From: a virus
Lineage: Duplodnaviria > Caudoviricetes
Length of the DNA stretch: 64,000 nt
Virus record (IMG/VR): IMGVR_UViG_3300033069_000690
Location: 26,493-90,492 of that record
Direction: 5' to 3' (one strand)
Under the pieces are notes generated by a model. It searched no databases. It was not told the origin of the DNA and saw nothing but the letters and a program-made list of their open reading frames with translations. A program made the position numbers and the translations under genes. Shown here piece by piece: positions 1 through 9,812 of this stretch. Numbering within the stretch: the first letter of the stretch is position 1; every line of letters starts with the position of its first letter.

Positions 1-723
1 ACTAAAAATCCTGTTAATGTGGTAGTTACAGGAGCAAATAAAAAAGATCAGAGAAATATTGTAGGGTTACCTGTCCTAGATGACAAAGGTAATGTTAAGA
101 TTTTCTGTAAAAGATCTCCTTTACTAGGACTTAGTAAGAACGGTAAGAAAAGTAAAGATAACAAGCCAAAATGGTATATCTTTTCTTATGAAGATCTTTT
201 AATTAATGATTTAGACAACTTATCTAAATCTAGAGTAACAGAAAGTTCATCTGTTAAGCTCATTAATAGTTCTTCTAATTGCTTTAACTTAGAATTCAAA
301 GTGAACTCCTTGAAAGATGAGCAAACAAATGAGGTTCTAACAGGCATTAAAGCTAAGATATTAGAAGAAAAATCTATTTGCAAATTAAAAGGCATCCTTG
401 TTCAAAGAAACGAAAAAGAAGGACGGACACTATTCTTAACTGAGTATGCTGGTCTTCCTATAAGTTTCCTATCGACCAATTGTGAGCTGTTTAAACCTTC
501 TTTAAAAGGCTTTAATATTCCTAAAAACAGGAATAAAGTTGAGGGTATAACCTGTAAAATTGTTCGTAATAAACAGACCATATTCAATATGGATGAGAGG
601 GTTAAAATCCTCAAGTTTGAGAAAAACTCAAAAACACCACAAAGACACTATTTCACTGTACAATCACTAGAAACTCCTAGCAAAATCAGTACAGTTTACT
701 CGCATAACTTAAAAGTAATCTAA
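1..723 (+). CDS. Hypothetical protein, probably 5'-truncated by the window edge
   Basis: Frame is open from base 1 (ACT AAA AAT CCT GTT AAT GTG...). Its stop overlaps the next ATG (TAATG at 721-725). No recognisable motif. Confidence 0.6.
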   Translation, partial: TKNPVNVVVTGANKKDQRNIVGLPVLDDKGNVKIFCKRSPLLGLSKNGKKSKDNKPKWYIFSYEDLLINDLDNLSKSRVTESSSVKLINSSSNCFNLEFKVNSLKDEQTNEVLTGIKAKILEEKSICKLKGILVQRNEKEGRTLFLTEYAGLPISFLSTNCELFKPSLKGFNIPKNRNKVEGITCKIVRNKQTIFNMDERVKILKFEKNSKTPQRHYFTVQSLETPSKISTVYSHNLKVI

Positions 724-1670
724 TGACAAAGGTAATTACTCGTCGAATCAAACCAGTAGCTAAAGAAGTTGCACCAGTAGTAGCTAAAAAGGAAGCTGCT
801 AAAGCACCAGTTGCTGCTAAGCCCAATTTTCCCACTTCAACTAGTGGTAAAAATTATACTCAATTTCGTCCGCAAATTCGTAGTAGACATCCCAGCCATA
901 GCTGTTTGCGTAATGCTTTACCTCGCCTTCCTTTCCCTTCAGTTATTCGCTTTGGTTCTACTACCGTTCTCCCGGATGTGGTATCTAAAGGAGGTCGTCG
1001 TGTTGAAGTTAATACTGTGGAAGCTGTTACTAAGTCGGCCAATAAGTTATTAATGAAACAAGCATTTGCTGAGAATGATGTAAAAACAGCAATTTGGACT
1101 CGTACAGCTAATGCTGAAGAGCTTCGTCGTTTCTTTAACGAACATGGTCAAATCGTGGCTAAATCCTTCTTTGGAAGTCGTGGTGAGGGTAATACCTTTA
1201 TTAGCTCAATGGATGCGTTAAATCGCTTTATTTTAGCTAATACGATCAATAATTTCGTGTTTGAGAAGTACTACAACTACGTACGTGAATACCGCTTACA
1301 CGTAACAGCTGAAGGCGTGTTCTATACATGTCGTAAGATGTTAAAGCGTGACACTCCTGAAGCAGAACGTTGGTATCGTAATGATAGCAATTGTGTGTGG
1401 ATCTTAGAAGAGAACCCAGACTTCGATCGTCCTCTATGTTGGGATGCTATTGTAGAGCAATCTGTAGCAGCTCTTAATGCAGTAGGATTAGATATTGGTG
1501 CTGTGGACGTAAAAGTACAATCTAATACTAAGGGCGGAAACCGCCGTCAAACCGTAGATTTCATCATTCTTGAAATCAATTCTGCTCCAGCGTTTGGAGA
1601 ACTTACCGAAACTCTTTATAAAGAAGAGTTGATGAAAGTTTTAAAGGCAAAACATAATGCAAATCAATAA
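723..1670 (+). CDS. ATP-grasp (RimK/YheCD-like) peptide ligase
   Basis: IVAKSFFGSRGEG, EKY...EYRLHV, GLDIGAVDV and ILEINSAP ATP-grasp motifs. Ala/Lys/Pro-rich N-terminal tail. Confidence 0.85.
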   Translation: MTKVITRRIKPVAKEVAPVVAKKEAAKAPVAAKPNFPTSTSGKNYTQFRPQIRSRHPSHSCLRNALPRLPFPSVIRFGSTTVLPDVVSKGGRRVEVNTVEAVTKSANKLLMKQAFAENDVKTAIWTRTANAEELRRFFNEHGQIVAKSFFGSRGEGNTFISSMDALNRFILANTINNFVFEKYYNYVREYRLHVTAEGVFYTCRKMLKRDTPEAERWYRNDSNCVWILEENPDFDRPLCWDAIVEQSVAALNAVGLDIGAVDVKVQSNTKGGNRRQTVDFIILEINSAPAFGELTETLYKEELMKVLKAKHNANQ

Positions 1671-2505
1671 TTTATTAATTGGATCTGATCCAGAGGCGAT
1701 GATTATTCATCAAGAATCTGGTAAGATGATCAGTGCTGTAGGATTAATTCCGGGAACTAAAGAAGAACCAGTAAGTATTGGTAATGGATGTTATATCCAA
1801 GCTGATAATGTTAATGTAGAATGGTGTTTACCACCAAGCAACGATCCTGTTGATTTTACTAAAAATCTTAAGTATTGTGTTGACTACACTAACAAAATAT
1901 TACCTCAAGGACATAGAGTGTTGTTAAAGAGTAGTCACATCTTTGATGGTGACCAGCTATTAACACCAGAAGCCCTTGAATTTGGTTGTGATCAAGATTA
2001 TTGTATCTATAATGTAGATACTGGTAGTCCTAATCCTAAACCTGCTGCTGCCAATCCTAATTTAAGAAGCTGTGGAGGTCATATCCACTTTGGTTCTATC
2101 AACTTGATTAATCAACAAGATGCAATCTACTTCTTAAAGACGCATGTAGAGCCTATCTTAGGAATCGCTCTAGTTGCTTTAGATCCAGATCAACGTCGTA
2201 AGGAATTATATGGTAAAGCAGGAGCTTTCCGTTATAAGCCTTATGGTATTGAGTATCGTACACCATCAAATTTCTGGTTAACTACTCCTGAACTAATCCA
2301 CTTTGTATTTGAGCTAATCTATACAAGAATGGTTGGTGTTAGACCTGAGGACTTACCATATCGTGTCCTATTCAAAGACATGGGACCAGAATTTGCAGCA
2401 CCTGCTTTCATTCAATCAGTCATTAATGAAAATAAGGTAGAACAAGCAACGAAAATCATGTCTGTTCTAGACATCAAATTACCAGTATTAACAACAAATA
2501 ATTAA
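1657..2505 (+). CDS. phiEco32-like COOH-NH2 ligase type 2 (glutamine synthetase/GCS fold)
   Basis: IGSDPE, QADNVNVEW, EFGCDQDY, GGHIHFG, RRKELYGKAGAFRYKPYGIEYRTPSNFW. Confidence 0.85.
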   Translation: MQINNLLIGSDPEAMIIHQESGKMISAVGLIPGTKEEPVSIGNGCYIQADNVNVEWCLPPSNDPVDFTKNLKYCVDYTNKILPQGHRVLLKSSHIFDGDQLLTPEALEFGCDQDYCIYNVDTGSPNPKPAAANPNLRSCGGHIHFGSINLINQQDAIYFLKTHVEPILGIALVALDPDQRRKELYGKAGAFRYKPYGIEYRTPSNFWLTTPELIHFVFELIYTRMVGVRPEDLPYRVLFKDMGPEFAAPAFIQSVINENKVEQATKIMSVLDIKLPVLTTNN

Positions 2506-2509
2506 AACT

Positions 2510-4027
2510 ATGTGTGGAATAGTAGGATTTGTAGGCACTAATAATGCTCAATTTGATCTTAACACAATTAAGATATTAATGTATGTAAACTCTAAACAAA
2601 GAGGTACAGACGCATGTGGGGTATTTACTCCAGAATTGGGTATATTAAAGTCTACAGGGGAAGCATATGATTTCCTCTATAAAAACGAGGATAAAATTGT
2701 TCCTTCTAGTATTTTCATAGGTCATGTTAGAGCTAAGACTAAGGGTGTTAACTCTGATGAAAATGCTCACCCATTTCAATATGAAAACATTGTAGGAGTT
2801 CATAATGGGACTCTAACAAACAATGATGACCTTATAAAACAAGTTGGTGGAAATCCACTTGATTTTAAAGTTGATAGTCAGGCTATCTTCTACCGTTTAG
2901 GTAAAGATAAGAAAGCCACAGTATTATCAGATTTAAAAGGCCCAGCAGCAGTTCTATTCCAAGATACAACTGATCCTGATGTCTTATATGCTTTCAGAAA
3001 TGATGAAAGACCATTGGTATTTGGTAAGCGTCCAGAAGGTCTTTATATTTCTTCTATTGCAGATCCTTTGGAATGGGTTAATTGTACAGAAATTGAACAT
3101 GCTCTTCCTGGTTACATTTACCGAATTCGTGATGGTAAATTAGAGAAGAAATGGAGAATTCGCTATCATAAGGCTACTGAGAACATCTTGGATGTAAAGT
3201 ATATTGCTAATGTTCCCTCTGCATGTTTGGCTGGGCTTATCTTATATGTGAATGGTGGAAATGCTATTCCCTATTCTAGCTTTCAGAACATAAAGCCTGG
3301 TTATTATCGTATTAAACACACAACAGTTGAAGACCAACTTCAACTTTATAGTGTTGAAAACTTTAATGATAAAATATATGAACAGACAAGTAAGACTAAC
3401 GTCAACTTAGCTTCTGTAAAATCTTTGTTCATTAAAGGTAGCTTCGTAGTAGCTAACTACAACCTTACAGCTGGTAGCAAGAAGAAACAAAAGCGTACAG
3501 TAGCTTCTAAGGGAGATCTATTGAAGATAGAAGGACCTATGAAAACCTTTGCGCAAGAAACAATTAAGGTTAGACACTTAAAAAGTGGTAGAACTGAAAC
3601 TGTTCAAGTTTCTGATGTATTACCATTGTTTGAGACTCATGAAGTCTTAAGAATTGCTCGTGAGCAAGGTATTAAGCTACAACACAACGAATTACCAGTT
3701 AGTACCTTTACTAAGGATCAATTGATTCAACGAGTAAAGAACTTGACAAATAAATTTATCTCTGGTACACCACTTGATAATTTTACAAACCTGGATATTG
3801 ATCCATCAGAAAGACCTATAGATATGGCATTTGAAATTGAAAGTCAACCAGCAAAAATTCACAGTTTAATCGTTAAAGCACAATCTGTCTTTACTAAGAT
3901 AGCTATAAAGTTTCCAGAAGAAACAGAATTAGTTGCTGAGATTAATGAATTTAATAAAGAAGCAGAAGAGTGTAAAAACATTCTTATTGCTATGGAAGAC
4001 GATATCACCGAATCAGAAACCGTTTAA
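2510..4027 (+). CDS. Class II (Ntn) glutamine amidotransferase with uncharacterised C-terminal extension
   Basis: N-terminal MCGIVG (catalytic Cys2), RGTDACG, GHVRAKT, NAHPF, HNGTL, DSQ, RPL. About 290 extra C-terminal residues. Confidence 0.88.
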   Translation: MCGIVGFVGTNNAQFDLNTIKILMYVNSKQRGTDACGVFTPELGILKSTGEAYDFLYKNEDKIVPSSIFIGHVRAKTKGVNSDENAHPFQYENIVGVHNGTLTNNDDLIKQVGGNPLDFKVDSQAIFYRLGKDKKATVLSDLKGPAAVLFQDTTDPDVLYAFRNDERPLVFGKRPEGLYISSIADPLEWVNCTEIEHALPGYIYRIRDGKLEKKWRIRYHKATENILDVKYIANVPSACLAGLILYVNGGNAIPYSSFQNIKPGYYRIKHTTVEDQLQLYSVENFNDKIYEQTSKTNVNLASVKSLFIKGSFVVANYNLTAGSKKKQKRTVASKGDLLKIEGPMKTFAQETIKVRHLKSGRTETVQVSDVLPLFETHEVLRIAREQGIKLQHNELPVSTFTKDQLIQRVKNLTNKFISGTPLDNFTNLDIDPSERPIDMAFEIESQPAKIHSLIVKAQSVFTKIAIKFPEETELVAEINEFNKEAEECKNILIAMEDDITESETV

Positions 4028-4036
4028 ATTTAGTAA

Positions 4037-5605
4037 ATGGCAACTCAAAGAAGAAGACCTGGATTAGAGGAAGCGAAAAACGTTAAGCCTCAAAGAAAGA
4101 CAGTTTTAAATTCTGTTATAAAATTCAGTAAAACTGAAAGTGAGCCTCTTGAAATTGTAGAGAACTTAATAAAACTAGAACTAGTTAAAATAGCAGAACT
4201 TGATGCTACTCCTAATCCTGGATTGAGTGAAAAGAAAATAAAGGATTTAAAGGAAGAGGGCTACGAGTTTGTATATGGTGGATGGGCTAAAGGAAAAGAC
4301 TTGATTAAGTGTGCTATTACTGGTACACGATTCAAGAATGGTGGACAGGTAGGAAATGTAGTTACTAAAATAACTCATTTGAAAGGAAGTAATAACTTAT
4401 CTTTTCAGCAAACTGTTGAAGTTCACCCATTGATCTATCCATTATTACCTATCATGTTTTATAAAGGATCTAGCTATAAAGTAAGTTTAGATGCTTTATT
4501 AAGCGTAGCAGATCTAGTAGTAGAAGTACCTCTAAGAGGTATTTATGCAATGGAAGAAGATGCTGCAAATTATGAATACCAAGATTATTATAAGTTTAAT
4601 AATTGTAAATTTGAAAGCACAGGTGACTTATCCTTAGATTTCTTCTATGGGTTAAATTCACCAACATTCTCCACTACCCACCAGATGAGATACTCTTTTG
4701 GTGTAGAAATTGAATGTGTAACAAGCTACTTAGCTCCTAATATTACAAAAGCATTTAATGCTGCGTGTGTAAGAGATGGTAGTATTGGAGGAAGTCGTAC
4801 ACAGGGTGGTCCTGAGTATGTTACTGGTATCCTAAAGGGTGATGCGGGTATGCTACAGCTTCAAAAGCTAGTAAATTTCCTATCCCCTCGATCTTCCATT
4901 GACCGTACTTGTGGTATTCACGTACATATTGGCGGTTTTAAAGTAAATAAACAATTTGCATTAGCAATCCATAAGTTAGGATTATTAGTACAAACTGACT
5001 TACTTAAAATGTTACCAGTTTCTAGACGCTCTAATGAGTACTGTCGTCCTATGAAAGATATTGGTATTCAGTTACCAGATCTAACTAAATTAGGAAGTAA
5101 CGTATTATTAGACAAAGAATTTGATAAGCTTGTAAATTACATTGGTTGTGTGGATGCCGCACGTCCAGTTAAAACAGGTTCATTAAATAAGCGTACTCAA
5201 CACCCTATGGGTAAGAAGTGTGGTTATAACCATTCCACACCTCGTTATGAGTGGATTAACTTTGTACCATTGTTATTCGATGATAAGGGTATTCAGAGTT
5301 ATACCATAGAATTCCGCCCTCATAGTGCTAGTTTGAACTATGAGAAGATTAAGAACTGGGTACTGATTTGTATGGCTCTAGTCAAATTTGCTGAAGAGAA
5401 CTACGATTTAATTCGTGTTAGTAAATCTTTAACAATTGAGGAGATAATCAATTTAGTAACCAACAACAAAGCTTCTAGTTTAATTAATTACATTAATAAC
5501 AGAAAAGCTTTATTCACAAGTAATTCAGCGGAAGGAGAAGAGTATTCGAAAGACTCCTTCAATGAAAATATATCACAATTATCTTTAAAAGAACTATGTG
5601 CATAG
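4037..5605 (+). CDS. Amidoligase (COOH-NH2 ligase, Amidoligase_2-like) with N-terminal extension
   Basis: FGVEIEC, DGSI, PEYVT, TCGIHVHIG, RY..IN, TIEFRPHSASL. Confidence 0.85.
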   Translation: MATQRRRPGLEEAKNVKPQRKTVLNSVIKFSKTESEPLEIVENLIKLELVKIAELDATPNPGLSEKKIKDLKEEGYEFVYGGWAKGKDLIKCAITGTRFKNGGQVGNVVTKITHLKGSNNLSFQQTVEVHPLIYPLLPIMFYKGSSYKVSLDALLSVADLVVEVPLRGIYAMEEDAANYEYQDYYKFNNCKFESTGDLSLDFFYGLNSPTFSTTHQMRYSFGVEIECVTSYLAPNITKAFNAACVRDGSIGGSRTQGGPEYVTGILKGDAGMLQLQKLVNFLSPRSSIDRTCGIHVHIGGFKVNKQFALAIHKLGLLVQTDLLKMLPVSRRSNEYCRPMKDIGIQLPDLTKLGSNVLLDKEFDKLVNYIGCVDAARPVKTGSLNKRTQHPMGKKCGYNHSTPRYEWINFVPLLFDDKGIQSYTIEFRPHSASLNYEKIKNWVLICMALVKFAEENYDLIRVSKSLTIEEIINLVTNNKASSLINYINNRKALFTSNSAEGEEYSKDSFNENISQLSLKELCA

Positions 5606-7101
5606 TTGAATATTTCCCACCTGGTGTTGATAAGGACACAGAATTTGTAAAGGAAAGTATCAGACAAGGAGCAGCATCTAATAGTATGGGTCTAGGATTT
5701 GCTTTTAAGAAGAAGGGTAAGCTTTACTTACATAAAGGATTCGAATCAAATCGGGTGAATGACCTTATAAAAGAGATCGAATCTCATGCGTTAACGAAAG
5801 ATGACGAATTAGTATTTCACGCTCGTATCGCCACATCAGGAGGAACTCGTCCAGAAATGACTCATCCATTTGTATGTAGTAACGACATTGAAGAAGTAGG
5901 TATCTTAAAAGGATATGTAGAAAAGCCAGTATTAGCTCATAATGGAGTGTTTCCTAAATTAGGAAATACTAAATACAGCGATACTTTCGAATTTGCACAT
6001 CAAATTTTAGGAGATTCTGCTGCATTAGCTCTATTAAAGTTAGACCAAGAAGCTTTCTCTGAGAGCGTTAAGGATATCTGGGGCTGGAGTAAAGTAGTAG
6101 TTATGTTTCCCGGGGATGAGAAAACCAAAGTATTAGGTGAATTCATTACTGATAAAGACTGTAAGTTTTCCAACAATGGCTACAAAACTTATGTAAGGAA
6201 CGTAGGAGGCGTTGAAAGACGAGACAACTTTCAAGGGCGTGCTTATGCTTACGGAGGGAGACAAGGGAGAATCGACGACGTTGACTCCAGAGACGGATTT
6301 GAAGACGAATACGACCACAGTTGTGGGGCAGGCTGTTTCCCCTCTCAGGGAGCGCGAATTGGCCAGTCGCGTTCGAGTATCCAGAGGGGGATCCACCCTT
6401 TTAAACTTGATGAGAGCTTTGTTCATAGTGGGATGTTCCATTCTTGGCCTGTTATTTATAGCAACACTGCTCTTGTCCCTAATATTTTTAATTATGACAT
6501 GTTGGTAGGAACATGTAATAATGACATTGCTAACTTCAGAAAAGGAGAAAAAATCTTCCTAAACTCTTATGACCCATTTGCTGGCGCAGCTATTTGCAAT
6601 AGCGTAGAAGACACTAGTAACATACTATCATGTTTTGAGGAAATAAAAGATTTAGTAAAGAATTGTACATTCGTCCCTAAAGCAGTAGATGGTCCTTTCC
6701 TAAAGGAATACTCAAAAATTAACGAGATACTCTGGAATATAAGAGTAGATAACGACAGACCTTTATATGATACAGATACGGACTTACCGATATCTAAAGG
6801 CAAAATGAAGGACATCTTCAAATTCGTTATGGATGAGGCTACAGAAACTGTTGGAGGTAGACTATACTTAAAGGCTAATAAAAGCAAATACAGTCTAGTA
6901 GACTCTCCTCGAAAAGGCAGCATAGCATTAGCTTCTATTGTTAGTACAGCAGCGTTAGTGCTTTGGTATGCAGAAAGACAACATCTCTTCCCTAAAACCT
7001 ATCAATTCTCTCACACAACAGTGGGTTACTTGATTGGTAAGAAGAACAGTTTCTTCTCTGAATTCGGAGCAGGATTTACAACAACAGGCGGAGTCCTATA
7101 A
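5596..7101 (+). CDS. Second class II glutamine amidotransferase (YafJ/GATase_4-like) with long C-terminal extension
   Basis: MC start (Cys2), GLGFA, FHARIATSG, THPF, AHNGV, SDT, and FSN at the end of the domain. Confidence 0.82.
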   Translation: MCIVEYFPPGVDKDTEFVKESIRQGAASNSMGLGFAFKKKGKLYLHKGFESNRVNDLIKEIESHALTKDDELVFHARIATSGGTRPEMTHPFVCSNDIEEVGILKGYVEKPVLAHNGVFPKLGNTKYSDTFEFAHQILGDSAALALLKLDQEAFSESVKDIWGWSKVVVMFPGDEKTKVLGEFITDKDCKFSNNGYKTYVRNVGGVERRDNFQGRAYAYGGRQGRIDDVDSRDGFEDEYDHSCGAGCFPSQGARIGQSRSSIQRGIHPFKLDESFVHSGMFHSWPVIYSNTALVPNIFNYDMLVGTCNNDIANFRKGEKIFLNSYDPFAGAAICNSVEDTSNILSCFEEIKDLVKNCTFVPKAVDGPFLKEYSKINEILWNIRVDNDRPLYDTDTDLPISKGKMKDIFKFVMDEATETVGGRLYLKANKSKYSLVDSPRKGSIALASIVSTAALVLWYAERQHLFPKTYQFSHTTVGYLIGKKNSFFSEFGAGFTTTGGVL

Positions 7102-7111
7102 AAATTAATAC

Positions 7112-7134
7112 GGGGGTAGCAATACCCCCTTTTT
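7112..7134 (+). terminator. Rho-independent terminator closing the ligase operon
   Basis: GGGGGTA-GCAA-TACCCCC followed by TTTTT, 11 nt after the stop at 7101. Confidence 0.85.
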
Positions 7135-7137
7135 ACT

Positions 7138-7341
7138 ATGCTTAGAGGAACAGAAACCAGATTTAAAAGAGGGTCTCACAAAGAGACTTTTCATGAGTAC
7201 CCTGTCTTATATGTAGTACAATACTTACCTAAGTACAATCAAGTAGAGGTTAGTAAGAAAGAAGATTTAAGTAATCCCTTCTTTGTACATATAGAAGACT
7301 TAGAAGCGGAGGATGATTCTCCAGCTGAAAGAACCCCTTAA
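7138..7341 (+). CDS. Small hypothetical protein
   Basis: ATG ORF filling the gap between the terminator and the next gene, with typical codon usage. Confidence 0.55.
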   Translation: MLRGTETRFKRGSHKETFHEYPVLYVVQYLPKYNQVEVSKKEDLSNPFFVHIEDLEAEDDSPAERTP

Positions 7342-7346
7342 TTAGG

Positions 7347-7646
7347 ATGATTTATTTAAAAATATTTTTGTTAGTTTTTTTACAAAACGCTAGCTTTACT
7401 TTAGTTAGTAGAGCACGAACAGGTAACAATATGTGGTATCACATGTGCGCATCTGTTCTATCTAATGGTATATGGTTACTTGTTATCCGTCAAGTAGTCT
7501 TAAACCTAGAAAGTCCTGGCTTTCAACTATCCTATTTAATAGGAGCAGTTACAGGCTCAGTACTAATGCACTACATTGCATTACATCATATTGAGGAGAA
7601 AGAGATATGGAAGAGGCTAAAAGCGAAGTTACTACAAGGGAGATAA
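7347..7646 (+). CDS. Small membrane protein (DUF5698/DUF2179-like)
   Basis: Three hydrophobic helices and the segment FLQNASFTLVSRAR. Confidence 0.6.
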   Translation: MIYLKIFLLVFLQNASFTLVSRARTGNNMWYHMCASVLSNGIWLLVIRQVVLNLESPGFQLSYLIGAVTGSVLMHYIALHHIEEKEIWKRLKAKLLQGR

Positions 7647-8311
7647 AAGTAGGAGATATTTATTTGGTAGGAACCAATAGATATGCTTTACCAAATAAAT
7701 ACATTGTTAAGGAGATTCTCCCAAACAATAGAGTTATAGGAACACCTACTAAATCACATTTCGGAGGTCTTACAGAACTTATACATTCGTATTCTGAAAT
7801 TATTTTAGATAAGGAAGTAGAAGGATTTGGTAAGGAATATCCTAAATATCTTAGAATTGATGATACTCTATATTGGTTTACAGAAATTTTTCCTGTAACT
7901 AACTTTGAAGGAGATCGTTTATTAGGAATGTACTATAGAGCAACGTACAGATGTAAAGAAGATGGTTATAAGAGCTTCAAGAGCATAAACTATAATGATC
8001 CTATCTTAATAATTAATTCAATTGAGGAGTCTGAAGTAGATACTAAACAACATAATTATCAAGACTTAATAGATGAACATGAAGAATTATTAGGGCAAAA
8101 AGTAGTTATTTCTAATAGAATCAGAGATATCAAAGAAGAACTACTTGAAACCCAACGTAACTGTAAACATCAGTATAGTGGAGAAACCTTTGAATTATCA
8201 GATAATTACAATGGTAGTTACGATTTTGCAGAAATAATTTATACTAAAACATGTATTAAATGTTTACACGAATCCCAAGAAGTAATTAGTATAAGTTCTG
8301 ACGATGACTAG
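7607..8311 (+). CDS. Hypothetical protein with C-terminal CxH...CxxC possible Zn site
   Basis: 234-aa ORF with a coiled coil followed by NCKH...TCIKC. Confidence 0.6.
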   Translation: MEEAKSEVTTREIKVGDIYLVGTNRYALPNKYIVKEILPNNRVIGTPTKSHFGGLTELIHSYSEIILDKEVEGFGKEYPKYLRIDDTLYWFTEIFPVTNFEGDRLLGMYYRATYRCKEDGYKSFKSINYNDPILIINSIEESEVDTKQHNYQDLIDEHEELLGQKVVISNRIRDIKEELLETQRNCKHQYSGETFELSDNYNGSYDFAEIIYTKTCIKCLHESQEVISISSDDD

Positions 8312-8786
8312 ACCACTGAGACGGAAACCAAAGATTAGAGATGACACCAAAAAGAATAGAAGAGTGGCCTTAAAAATTAGAAAAAAGAAAGGAGCTAATA
8401 AGAAGATAAAGAATGCTGTTTCACTAGAAGTGGATGGTATTAAATTTCGTTCTAAACTCGAAGTATATGCTTACAGAGCATTACGAGAAGCTAATATTCC
8501 TTTCGAGTACGAAAAGCATAAGTTTGACCTATTACCATCATTCGTCTACAAAGATGAAAAAATTCGGGGAGCCTCCTATAAGCCCGATTTTGTAGGTGAC
8601 GGATGGATCATAGAAACCAAAGGTTATGCTACTGACGTTTTCAATTTACGTTGGAAACTTTTCAAGTTCAAGCTCTTTAGTGAGGGGAAAGACATTGATT
8701 TGTACCTCCCAAAAACTCATGAGCAAGTTAACAATGCTATTGCAAAAATAATGGAAAAGAATGCTGCAAGACCCAACGATTCGTAA
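8304..8786 (+). CDS. PD-(D/E)xK endonuclease, T7 endonuclease I/DUF1064-like (possible Holliday-junction resolvase)
   Basis: FRSKLE, FEYE, YKPDF, IIETKG. Basic N-terminal tail. Confidence 0.82.
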   Translation: MTRPLRRKPKIRDDTKKNRRVALKIRKKKGANKKIKNAVSLEVDGIKFRSKLEVYAYRALREANIPFEYEKHKFDLLPSFVYKDEKIRGASYKPDFVGDGWIIETKGYATDVFNLRWKLFKFKLFSEGKDIDLYLPKTHEQVNNAIAKIMEKNAARPNDS

Positions 8787-9051
8787 AGAATTTTTCAATG
8801 CCTTTAAACACTGTTCTAATATCAATGATCTTATGACAGCTGTAGAAAAAGGCTACATCAACAATCTTCGATGGGAAATAGAAGAAGCTCTCACTGAACA
8901 CTTAAATAACCATTTACTTGTTACTTATGAAGAAGGTGAATGGAGTATGCACAATGCTAAACTAAATGTCTTCCGAGAAATGAAAAGGTTAGAAGCTCTC
9001 GTAGAAGACCTAATAGAAGCAAAAGAAACAGTAGCTGAGCGATCTTTATAA
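8761..9051 (+). CDS. Hypothetical protein
   Basis: 96-aa ORF tightly coupled to both neighbours. Confidence 0.6.
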   Translation: MLQDPTIRKEFFNAFKHCSNINDLMTAVEKGYINNLRWEIEEALTEHLNNHLLVTYEEGEWSMHNAKLNVFREMKRLEALVEDLIEAKETVAERSL

Positions 9052-9054
9052 ACC

Positions 9055-9801
9055 ATGATAGCATTAATAGATGCAGATTTTTTATTGTACTATTGTACAC
9101 ACCAGCGCAAAGATGCGCCTGAAATAACCTTTGACTCTGTTTGTAACTCAGCAGACAGCTTTTTAGAGAAAATTTTTCACCGAGTTAAAGCTACAGAGTA
9201 TTTAGCTTTCTTTAGTGCTCCCCCGCTCTTTAGGAAACAAGCTAATACTACGTACAAAGAGAATAGATTAAAGCTTGAAAAACCACGCTTCTTCTATGAG
9301 CTAAAAGAATATCTAATTGGTAAGTGGGGAATAATTATTGTTTCTCCTTACGAAGCAGATGATCTTGTAGTAATTTATAGAAATCATATTAAAGAACCAT
9401 CAGTAATTGTCTCTCCTGATAAGGATTTATTAAACCTAAGAGGTTATAATTATAATCCTGTAAAAGACATTGAATTTAATATTAGTAAACAACAGGAAGA
9501 GGAATACTTTTGGAAGAGTATGATTATAGGAGATAGAGCAGATAATATTCTAGGATTACCTGGTAGAGGCCCTGCATTTGCAGATAAGTTCTTTGCAGAA
9601 CATCATGATCACCATCGTTACCCAACGTTAGTGTTTGATCTCTACCTAGCATCACTAGGAGCTCATGAAGGTATCAAGTCATTCTATTCTAATTACACAT
9701 CATTAAAAATACTAGAAAAGCCGCTGGATGTTGCATTCGAGTTTAATACACCAATTAAACTTTCAAATGAAATCCCAGATGACGAAAGTATTTTATTTTA
9801 A
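9055..9801 (+). CDS. 5'-3' exonuclease / flap endonuclease (T7 gp6, T4 RNase H-like)
   Basis: ALIDADFLLY, YKENR, EADDLV, SPDKDL and the GDRADNILGLPGRGP helix-3-turn-helix. Confidence 0.9.
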   Translation: MIALIDADFLLYYCTHQRKDAPEITFDSVCNSADSFLEKIFHRVKATEYLAFFSAPPLFRKQANTTYKENRLKLEKPRFFYELKEYLIGKWGIIIVSPYEADDLVVIYRNHIKEPSVIVSPDKDLLNLRGYNYNPVKDIEFNISKQQEEEYFWKSMIIGDRADNILGLPGRGPAFADKFFAEHHDHHRYPTLVFDLYLASLGAHEGIKSFYSNYTSLKILEKPLDVAFEFNTPIKLSNEIPDDESILF

Positions 9802-9812
9802 TATTAGTTTAT

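Noticed and set aside
186-1053. Short ORFs overlapping the first two genes (186, 402, 811, 860)
   Set aside because: Fully nested in better-supported genes; no motifs.
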